From Rhizophagus irregularis (lineage: Eukaryota): a DNA stretch of 64,000 nt. The stretch covers positions 2,418,001 to 2,482,000 of the forward strand of contig NC_089430.1 in assembly GCF_026210795.1 (NCBI RefSeq), read 5' to 3'. The notes under the pieces were generated by a model that saw only the letters and a program-made list of their open reading frames with translations, was not told the origin of the DNA and made no database searches. Position numbers and translations under genes: made by a program. This document shows, in pieces, positions 27,550 to 37,707 of this stretch (positions within the stretch are counted from its first letter, which is position 1; each line of letters starts with the position of its first letter).

Positions 27550-28528
27550 TACTACTACTACTGGTCAAAAACCAGGCAAACGTGGCATAGTAGCCTTTAT
27601 CTTTATTAAATTTATTCGAACTTTACAATTTACAAAAAATAAAAAGAAAAATATAAAAATAAAACTAACTAAAAACAAAGCTATATAGTCTCCTAAGAAA
27701 AAATAAAGTAAAAAAAATTAATCTAAAAAAGAAAAATCGCATTACACTAAATTTTCCCAGATCTTCCCCCTTGATATATTCCAACCAAAGTAGAAGCAAC
27801 TATGCTAACAAAATAACGAATAGCGCGCCCACTATAAAAATCGACACTCCATCCTGCAAAAGCTGTTATTAAGTAGCACCATTAGACGACCCATAAAACC
27901 TGAAAAGTGATTAAACCAAGGCAAACCATATTTCATCGAGTTCTTCAACCAATCGGTTCCGGAGTCACGTGAATCGTGTAGGGTCGGAGGTGGTAAGGAT
28001 GAGTAAGGTATGTACGTTGACAATGGCAAATTAGATGGCTTCGGAGTAGTTTTCAACTTATAGGTAATGTTCATCGCGTTTTCCCATCTACTTTTCTCAT
28101 AAGAACGCGGATTCCAAATTCGTTTTCTGAACTTTTGAACAAAATTGTTATGAATAGCAGCGATAACCTTAATCGCAGAGATTCTTGGAATGGATAAATC
28201 GACAAATAAGTCAATAAAGAGTTTAGGTAAACAACCACGGACAAGGGCGTAGGAGGACCAATTTGTAGAAGAAAAGGACCAGCATGAAAGAGAAGTGAGT
28301 TTAGCTATAAATGGAGTAGGATCAATATCAGCCAATTTTCCAGCATCTTGAATTTTAGAAATCAAATGGTTTTGATAAGATTGGAGAATTTGTTGCATAG
28401 GTAGACGACGTCTTTTGCACATAAAAAGGTGCATCAGGTCTTCCATGCGGTCGACACAAGAACGGCAAGTTAATTCGTCCATGTATAAGTCTGGTCGAGT
28501 CCACTTAAGCTTTTCCAATGTGGGTAAA
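27550..28528 (-). mobile_element. 5'-truncated second copy of the same LINE, joined head-to-tail to the full-length copy
   Basis: High but imperfect identity to 19356-20320; ends in ...GACCAGTAGTAGTAGTA directly abutting the 5' end of the full-length copy. Confidence 0.95.
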
Positions 28529-28673
28529 ACTGGTCAAAAACCAATATATCGGGTAGCAGATATGTATCAGATATGTACCCGATATGTGTAGTATTAATGC
28601 AGAAAATCGGGTACCCGATATGTGTAAGATATATGTAAATATATATATCATATACATATCGGGTACCAATATG

Positions 28674-28908
28674 CAGTGTTGTCACGGGACAATATCCGGG
28701 ACATGTTACACAAAAAAGAAATGATAACCCCTTGAAATTTTTCTATGATAGCCTTGTTCGATACTTAGCAAAAATGTTTAGCATCCAATTATGCATAAAT
28801 ATATATAATTTTTGTAGAGAATTTTAAGTTACAGAAGAGTACAGACAGAGCGCGGACATGTCCAGGACAACCAAAAAAAGCTGCGGACATTAAAAATGTA
28901 CAACACTG
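28674..28908. mobile_element. hAT-type MITE nested in the CACTA MITE
   Basis: CAGTGTTG...CAACACTG termini; 8-bp TSD CCAATATG/CCGATATG; subterminal GGGAC/CGGAC repeats. Confidence 0.8.
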
Positions 28909-29296
28909 CCGATATGTATATGATATGTATATGATATGTAGACGATATATATATTTACACATATCTTACACATATCGGGTACCCGATTTTCTGCATTAAT
29001 ACTACACATATCGGGTACATATCTGATACATATCTGCTACCCGATATATTGGTTTTTGACTAGTGTAACTTCACATATTGGAATATACTCTTTAATCTTC
29101 TTTTAGAAGAAGTTTCCTGAATTTTAGTAACATTAGGATCAATAATCTGATTAATTAAATCTTTTTGTAATGAAATTATATTAGTATTCTGTGCAGCTCT
29201 TTTTATACCATTAATTTCTTCTAAATTATTATCATTACCAACTTCTGTACTTCTTTCATGCTTTATTGCAATAAATTTTTTCAATAACTAATTAAT

Positions 29297-29888
29297 TGCC
29301 AATCCACCACTCAACGATACAAAATTGATTAGTAGATCTGTTGCAAGTTCTTATATGAATGACATTGATTGGCACATTTCAACTCCGATTTTGTCCTACA
29401 TAAGTCATGCTTAATGCAACCATAATTTACCAATTAATAATGACAAACGTGAATATGTCACAAAAAAAAAATTTTTTTCGTTTGCTATAAAATTTAGAGT
29501 TTACTTTGGGGGAAGTCACCATTCCAGCTCATATTTTAGGTAACTTTACACCAATTATTCGCGAATTTTGCAAATTTTACAAGGTTTTTTTGTACTATTA
29601 TATAATATACGTTATATTCTTGCTCAGATTAACAAAATAATATTTTAAAAAAAAAGAAAATAAAAAATTTTTTTTTTTTTTGGCAATGTTTTAGTTTTAC
29701 CAGTTTTATAAAACTATACCTAAGTAATGTAACACCTTTTAATGTATTTTTAGGGCATTTATATTACAACAAACGTTTTCAAACTTGTGCAAACACCATT
29801 CAGAAGCAATAGTATTTAATATAAAAATGTCTGACGAGATTAATTATAGATTGCCGATCATTTTGTATCGCTGAGTGGTGAATCAGCA
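29297..29888. mobile_element. Unclassified TIR element with ATTAAT (or TTAA) target
   Basis: TIR TGC(C/T)(A/G)AT(C/T)CACCACTCA(A/G)CGATACAAAAT; ATTAAT on both sides. Confidence 0.75.
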
Positions 29889-30211
29889 ATTAATTTACAA
29901 TCACTATTAGTTTCTAAAGCAATATTAACAGCTGTTTTTGCTATTGAAAAATCTATACTAAATTGATTTCTTTGAGAAGTATTTTACTGATGAATACTTT
30001 TATTATTATCCAATCTTTGAAAATGTCACATATTTTGAAATGTAAAATTAATTTGATAAGATGATGATAACGAATTGTATTGCAGTAAGAATTGGTGAAT
30101 TTTTAACATTACCCTTTAGGGTTTGTTAAAATACTATTCTTATACTATCTATTTGGTATAATGCTAATATGAAACTTCACTACACTTGAGTATAACATAA
30201 CATGCCAAAAT

Positions 30212-31500
30212 TAGTGGTTAGATTCAAATATCTATTTATCCGTATTTATCTAATTTGTGACTAAAGAAATAGATATGGATAAATTATTACACCTATTGTT
30301 ATTCGTAATACAGATAATATCGTTAAATCCATTAGACAGATATATGACGAAATATAAAACAAATGTTCATGTAACTTTATTATTTATAAATAACAAAACA
30401 AAAAATACAAAATTATATTCAACAAAATAAGAAACAATTACAGATTATGACATTTTTTGGAAATATTCTGCCTGCTAAATTACAATTTTTTTTAAGAAAA
30501 AGCAAGTGCTCAAATGTAGAATTTGATAATTGGGTTCGCTTTACTGTCATCAAATTACCTGCATTGCTGAATAATCTTTCACTAGGTATTGATGTAGCAG
30601 GAGCCAGGAATACATAAATATACTTTTGTGAGAATTGATAATATTGGAAATCTTTTCTCATTCATTTCCACCACTCCAGAGGGCAATCATTAAACTGAAT
30701 TTGTGGAATAGCTAAGTAATCTGCTACTTTGTAAATATATTTGTCAAAAGTGAATTGTCGTATATCTAATCATTATCTTTATTATTGTAATCATCATCTT
30801 CCTGATCAATATAATTTTCATAAATAGACCTAAGTTTTTTTTGTATCTGAACTTTCAAATGATCAGAAGCAAATTGTAATTCTTTATATCTTGGATCCAG
30901 TAATATGCCTATCATTGCATAATCATTTGGTACGTTCCAATAATGATTCATAGTTTTATACAAAGCATTTTGACATTTTTTTTTAGATCTTTACAATCTT
31001 GTGGTGTTTCAATATAAATTTTTCGATAATATTAACTGATTCTTTAGTTAAAGGACATATGTCTTGTTTGATAACTTGTAAAGCTTGATGTATAAAACTA
31101 ATAGTAGTGTAAGTACTTCAGTAGCTTCTGCAAACTTTTTAAGAATATTTGTTAATTTTCTTAATGGTTTCCACTCTTCATCAACCAAATTAATTTCTTT
31201 TAATCTTTTACCATCCTTTCGTGCTTGTAGATTAGAATTAACACTGAGTGAACTTGCCATTATGTCAATAAGATTTTGAATTTTTAATAATCTTATCCAA
31301 GCCAGATAAGAAGAATTCCATCTGGTTGGTACATCTGAAATTATTCGCAAATAACTATCATTTTCCTCTAAATTCTATAAAAAAAAAAAGAAAAAATATA
31401 ACTGTTTAATTAGACAATTTTACAGGATAATATAAAATCATAAAAAAAACTCAACTTTTACCTCTGTTTGTAAATGCCATTCTTTTTTTTGAATTTCTAT
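30212..31500 (-). pseudogene. hAT transposase 3' remnant (dimerization domain) with a probable TAGTG terminus at ~30212
   Basis: SDVPTRWNSSYLAW, LLDPRYK, CPLEWWK, PATSIPSERLFSNAG. Confidence 0.8.
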
Positions 31501-33254
31501 TAGTTAATTTGAAAATTTGATATTTTGAATTTTTGTGAAATTATGCATATTTGTTGTTTACATTCCCCCTACTACTGATGGTGCTTTGCGCTCAGACACT
31601 ATTGACTTGCTTATTCAACAACAAATAAACTGGGTTTTACCATGCTATTTGTGGTGATTTCAATATGCATTTAGATCAATTTTATCCTATTTATTTTAAA
31701 CATGCTTACCATTTATTTAACCACCTCTTATTTCATAGTTATGAAGATTATACTCCTGTTAACCTTTCTGGCTCCTTAGGCACCTTTCACCGTAATGATG
31801 TATTGCTCTACTCTTACTTTTTGTATCTTTGATGCTCAAGATATCAGCACATCTGACCATAATCCTGTTATCACCTATTATGATATGTCTTTACATTTCG
31901 CCTCTACCAAATTGGCTCATGCTTGACAACTTAAATGTCGTACTCACCGTGTTTTCAAATTTGACAATGTTTCTGAATCTTAATGAAAAGAGTTCACTGA
32001 TAACATTACCTTACTGTCCATTACAGTTGCCAACAACCATACTCCCAAGGTCCCTAAGGAATTGGAAACCTTAACTCAACATTATCGATTTCTTAATCAT
32101 TTAATGCATTCAATACGTCTGTTGTGCAACATATTCTGCTGCTTATGAGCATAAGTGGTCTACTCATTTAATTAGACTTCAAAACATTCTTCAATTATAT
32201 AAGAAAGTGTTTACTTTTATACCACCTTACCTTTATCCCTGTCATCATGCTGACTTGATGATTTTAAATCTTTTTTTGATTGTTTAACTAATATTTCAAA
32301 ATTCAAAATCCATTCGTGGATTTCACCTCCTTAAAGAAAAATATAATGTGAATCCAGAGAGGGGACTAAAGGGGAATTGGCAAAAACAGCAGCAGCTGAA
32401 GATTCAATCGTGAGAGAAATAGGCAGAGCTTCAGGAGAATCCATAAGAGAATAAGAACGAACAAGTTTGTCAATATCAGCCCATGTAAGGAGTGAGGTCA
32501 CTTTGGAAGTATCATGTTGGATTCGTTCATTGACAGTGGGAATGTATAAGAGAAACCTTCTGCGTGCAAAGAGTTAAGTCAGCTTTTCGTTTCTTAGAGA
32601 AGGGTATAGAAGTATGAGCAGCACAACCAGTGCATGGAGAAAGCTTTATATCACCTGGCGAAGAGACACAATAGGGAGAAATCCAATGTACAATGAAACA
32701 GGTACCACTACTAGGTTGTATGGAGAGTTGTTTGTCAAAAAGAGGGGAGCCAAAATCATCTAAAGTAACAATCCAGTTTTTGGTAGTCAGAGGGTTGAAA
32801 TACAAGGAGCAAGATTGATGAGTGAAGCAGAGCTCATGGGTGGAGAGGGAATAATAAATTTATCGATCAAACGATTGTTAGAGTTGGGAATAGTAGTTTG
32901 TCTTTGGATGAAAGATGGATATGACCAGGACCACATCTTCCAACCAAATTATTATAATAAGCTTTCCAAGAAATTAAATGGGTGCCTTGCGGAGTAATAA
33001 GTTGTGACAAATAAAATAAGTGTCATTTATGCAGGATAGGATGGTAAGCTTTAAACGCTTTGGGTGTCATACAGTTGAATAAGGGGATGTGACCATCAAG
33101 CAGAGACAGAGTTGGTAGGTATGAAAGTTGAGTTTGAAGCAAACGGAAAGGAGTGGAGGCCAAGAGGGCAATAGTGCAAGCGATATAATCCTTTTTGAAA
33201 GAAGAAAGAGAAGACCATATAGACCATTTTTTAACAAAAACAAATATTGAATTA

Positions 33255-33532
33255 CAGCAGATTGCAAAATTGTAAGGCCACCCTATGATTTTTTAATTTG
33301 AAAATTTGATATTTTGAATTTTTCAAAAACCAGTAAAAAATCAAGTTAAAAACCTGTTTATTCAACTCCTTAAATAAAAATAGAAATATATCATATGATT
33401 CAATATAAATAAATTACTTTAAAATCTATATTAATTTTAAGGAGTTAAAGTTATTACCAAAATAGGTATTTAAACTTGCTTTTTTACTAATTCTTGAAAA
33501 ATTCAGTAGTCTTACAATTTTGCAATCTGCTG
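33255..33532. mobile_element. Tc1/mariner-type MITE; a partial second copy starts at 61107
   Basis: CAGCAGATTGCAAAATTGTAAG...CTTACAATTTTGCAATCTGCTG with TA TSD; the LINE sequence is continuous across it. Confidence 0.85.
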
Positions 33533-33729
33533 TAAACGCAATCTATAGCCCTGTTCATTTCTAGATTGGATCAGATTGACCAAAAAATAGTGTAACTAAT
33601 CAAACTGCAGTTATAATTGAGCACATTTTTGATCGATCAGATTGATTGTAATAGATATGATTAGTGTCACCGACTTCTTTTCTTTTACTGTTACAATATG
33701 AATTGTAAAGAAAGACTTTATAAGTTGTT

Positions 33730-34802
33730 ATGGTTACAAATATTTTAGGAGACGAACATGAAGAAAAAGAAGAGGAAAATTCAAGTGATGAAGAGGATAA
33801 TATCATTTTACAAACAGTTTTAATAAAATGAATAAATACATGGTATTTAGAACCAAGATTATACCGCGTAGTGAAGTCAAAGCATTGGTGGCAAAATGTT
33901 CTTCCATTTTATGATATTACTCGATTTAAAAAAATTTTAAGAATGCATCAATTCCATCATGTATTTTCATAAACCTCAAGCTTGTGTTGAATTTCAGTTA
34001 GCTGTATTTCTTTGTCAACTTGGATCTACTGGAAGTTTGTTTGAAGTTTGTTTAAGATTTGGAAATAGGAGAAGGGATGGTAATTCTTTATACTAAATGA
34101 GTTATTCAAGCAATTTTAGCAAAAAAAATAGGTTTGTTAAGTGGCCTATTTCAGAAGAGCGTAAAAAAGTTAATGAAGGATTTGAAAATTTAGGAGGGCT
34201 TAAAAATGTAATTGGAACAGTTGATGGAACCTATATTTCTATGAGAAATGCTCCAAATAAAGATCCAGAGGTTTACTTTACTAGGAAAAAACGCTATGCT
34301 ATTTACTGTCATGGTATTGTAAATGATAGAGGCATTTTTATTAGTTTAGTACATGATCCGAGTTTATAGAAATTCTTCTTTTTATAAAGATTATTCTCAT
34401 CTTATTCAAGATGATGATAATCTTTTAGGTGATTCAGCTTATCCTATTTCTCCTTTCTTAATCCCACCTTTTAAAGATACATCTTCTCGAAAATACAAAA
34501 AATTTAATCAATTCCATTCACGTCATCAAGTTGTAATAGAAAATGCCTTCGGGAGATTAAAAGCAAGATCTAAAACGTTAAGGGATCTTGATATTAAAAT
34601 GGTTAAGATGGAAGTATTATTTACATGTTGTGCAATAATTTTACATAACTTTTTAGATATTTGGGAGGGTGATTTCAATGATAATATAGAAGAAGATGAT
34701 AATGACAAAAATGATAATTATACATTAAGGAATAATGATGAGGTATTAAAAAGAACTGGGCAGGCTAAAAAAAACTTAATCTTTCATCAACATTTTTCAT
34801 AA
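33730..34802 (+). pseudogene. Harbinger DDE transposase (HARBI1-like), frameshifted
   Basis: VIGTVDGTYI, YFTRKKRYAI, HD.RVYRNS, LLGDSAYP, FN..HS..VIENAFGRLKAR, ILHNF. Confidence 0.9.
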
Positions 34803-35049
34803 ATAATATATTATGCATATTTTAAAAGATATTTTCATCAAATATATGATTTAAATTTTAAGTTTATTGAATTTTTTAAAAAATACAATACATGTTGAAT
34901 TCTTAAATAAAAAATTTGCAGCAAAATGTTTTGTTATTCACAAATTTATTGTTAAATCCATTATTATTATTATATTATTACCTATTATATTATATTACCA
35001 TTATTATTATTATGATTATTGTTATTACTATTATTATTGCTATTGTTAT

Positions 35050-35855
35050 TATTACTACTACTTATTAACGTTAAATTGCAATAATTCTAAAGATGATTTA
35101 TATTGCAACATTCTTAAATCCAATTCTTTCATTCTTCCTTTTCAACTACTTGCTTCTTTTCAAACTGGTCATTCTCAGAGGCAAGTCGTTTTTCCCAAAT
35201 TATTTGTCTTGCATTACTCATAGAAATTATGGCTTCGGCTAATGGATCCTGTGAAAGAGATTTTCGTTTTTTAGTAATTTGATTATCTTTTTTTTCTGCC
35301 AAAACTTCTTCATTAGTTTCTGTTTCTTTTTCTTTAAAACTGTCAAACAATTGAACATCATCAGAAAATCCATCTACTAAAAATCCCGGATTGTGATTTT
35401 CATGAGTTTCAAACAAAGCATCAAGTCTGTCAAACCATTTCCTGTTTTGTTCTCCTTTTCTTTAATTTCATTATACTTAGTCACAAGACGAGATAATTTA
35501 TTTTTAATCTGCTCTACAACTTTCCTGAAAAAATCTTAGTAGCAGCTGTTTTGGCAAAATTGGACTTATTTTTTTTGTAAATATCAAAATTATCTTCAAG
35601 AAAACTTATCAATAATCCAGTATTTGTATCATCCCAGCCAGTTTCTTCTTCAACAGAACTTGCTCTTTCTGTTTTTTGGCCATTATTCTTTTTAGAAACT
35701 TTAGTGATTACAGGTGTTGAAACATCAGTAGTAGGTACCGTCACTTCTTGAATTTCTGATGGAGTAAATGTTAATACAGCTATAACATCAGGGTCCTGTA
35801 CAGGTGTTTGTGGTTTAGGAGCAATTGGACGAAGAGTAGATTTTGGAATAGGCAT
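35050..35855 (-). pseudogene. Harbinger partner Myb/SANT-like DNA-binding protein, disrupted
   Basis: WDDTNTGLLISFL, QIKNKLSRLVTKY, WFDRLDALF; coiled-coil C-terminus; convergent with the transposase. Confidence 0.7.
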
Positions 35856-37524
35856 GGTAAAAGTTAGAACTTCAAAAAGTTTAAGGCAAAAAACATGCAG
35901 ACTCTAGACGCGTCATTTATTATATAGATTGCGATCAGGGAAAAACACCAATTTTTGTAGATCGGTATGACTGACCGCTGACCACATCAGCAACCAATTA
36001 TTTAAGGGTGTAAAATTTTGATCAATCCGGTCAAATCTAGAATTGAACAGGGCTTATAAATAAAAAGAGATTGAATAAAAGAAGAAGATGAATTAGCCAA
36101 TAAAAATAAATTAGTTATCAAATAAATTGATTAATCCCAAAGCTTGAGACAAATATAAAATAGGTTAGGTAGAGAACAAGAAAAATTGGCCTTATATTTA
36201 ACAGCAGAACGTATACTTTTCATTGCAGTATAACATTCAGATTCTGAGAGGTCAAGTTTGGTATAAGAACGGTATTATGCAAGTATACAACTTGTTTGGC
36301 AGAAAGTTTTGCAGGTCGAATGGTGAGTTACATTCGCGTTTGATTTGTTTTTTAACAAAATCGCGGAAGCCTTTAATATTAAACCAGACACCTAAAAAGC
36401 AAAAGGAAGTGGTCATAGGGATCAGGATAATAGAAATAGAAGGAACTCTATTCAAAAAGGATAAAGCCAAATCAAAAGTGATAGGAGAAGGAGTAGAGAC
36501 TGAAGTAAGAAACAAAGAGTTAGTGATATGGTGACGAGTACAAGAAAGAGCTGAATCAATAAAAGAAGAGAGATCAGTTTCAAAGTTATTATTCCTATCA
36601 TCCAGATGGCACGAATGGTCTCTCATCAACTTAGGTAATCCTGATGTTTCTATGGGCTGGTCTTGGATGCAAATCATTCCCAATGCTTCTCATGCTGAAG
36701 CTGCTGCTATTTATGCAGCCTTAACAGTCTCGCCTTGTGATTCAGAAGTCACTATTTATACTGACTCACAGACCGCTATTGATGGTCTTTATGGCTGTTC
36801 TTCTTCATTTTATTCTAATAGTCGCCTTTATTATAAGACCACCAATTTTGAACTTTGGGCTAACCATCCATTCCAAGAACTTGGTTGTCCTCCCAATCAA
36901 AGTCAAAGCCCATTCCAATAATTATTTGAACGATTTTGCCGATTCTTTGGCCAACATTACTCATACCTCATCTTCTAGCATCCTTATCTTTGGCTTGGAT
37001 TTTGCCTCAGCTCATGACTTTGTTCTGACTTATGACAATGACATTGTTTGTGAATGATTATATAGCAAATTACGTGATGGTTATGTACTCAATTGAGTTA
37101 TGTAATCACAATCCTGCAACATGACTACGCATATATAATTTGTAATAACGTAGGCGTGTTTTTTTTTTATTAATTATTACTATATGATAATATTTTATTT
37201 ATTTTTTTAAGATAAATATACGCATGATGATATGAAAATAGTGAATTTTTTACATTTTTTTCTTATCATAATAGTAACTTATTTTTCTTCTTTTTAGGCG
37301 ACTCCAAAACTAATTTGATGATGAACGGGTTTTTCCCCTTGGAATTGAAGTTGAGCAAGACTTTTTTTCTTTTTCATTTTCGATTTTATTAGACTGCTAA
37401 TTTATATTTTCTTTTATTAAAGTATTCCTAAATTTAATACAAAAAATAGAGTCTTTTCCAAAATACTACATTTACTATCATTTAACTTAGACACAAAAAG
37501 ATTTTTGGTGGCACTTATCTGTTA

Positions 37525-37707
37525 TAGTCATCCTTCCATATAGTCACCCCTGTATAATTGCAACTCCCTTATAAGCACATTTACATTAATCCCAAGTTAC
37601 TAATAAACTTATTAAAAAAACCTTCCCTTTAATCACATCATATATAATTTTTATAGTCACACCATTTTTTTGGTCCCGAAGGGTGTGATTATATGGGAGG
37701 ATGACTG
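37525..37707. mobile_element. pogo-like MITE
   Basis: (T/C)AGTCATCC(T)TCCATATA...TATATGGGAGGATGACTG with TA flanks. Confidence 0.7.

Larger units (their letters stand above)
19355..29065. mobile_element. CACTA-type palindromic MITE (body 28529-29065) whose left TIR is interrupted by a LINE dimer
   Basis: TAA|CACTGGTCAAAAACCA at 19352-19370 and TGGTTTTTGACTAGTG|TAA at 29050-29068 give a 3-bp TSD. The arms 28544-28660 and 28925-29050 are near-perfect inverted repeats. Confidence 0.85.
19240..30210 (-). pseudogene. C-terminal remnant of a MULE/FAR1-like (SWIM + CCHC) transposase gene, split by the insertions at 19355-29065 and 29297-29888
   Basis: Pieces at ~29895-30210 (FWHVMLYSS..FHISIIP; AKTAVNIALET), 29069-29290 (IIDPNVTKI..SKRRLKS) and 19250-19351 (LLCGQSEHYQKKC) are collinear once the insertions are removed. 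Confidence 0.55.
33547..36054. mobile_element. PIF/Harbinger DNA transposon with two convergent genes
   Basis: TIR AGCCCTGTTCA...TGAACAGGGCT; 3-bp TSD TAT; host LINE sequence rejoins across it. Confidence 0.9.
31560..37057. mobile_element. Mosaic of deleted LINE ORF2 fragments in alternating orientation (31560-32340 +, 32345-33254 -, 36058-36610 -, 36615-37057 +)
   Basis: Each piece aligns by eye to the 19625-25252 ORF2 (APE, linker, RT-adjacent and RNase H segments) with many internal deletions. Confidence 0.8.

Noticed and set aside
28525..28527. TAA as the left TSD of the CACTA MITE
   Set aside because: It belongs to the LINE sequence; the true CACTG start and TAA are at 19352-19359, where the flanks rejoin.
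19356..28528. LTR retrotransposon (the ~1-kb direct repeats look like LTRs)
   Set aside because: The repeats contain ORF2 coding sequence, lack TG..CA ends and a PBS, and the element encodes APE with no integrase or protease.
34867..35223. Tyr-rich ORF
   Set aside because: It arises from a (TAT)n microsatellite between the two Harbinger genes.
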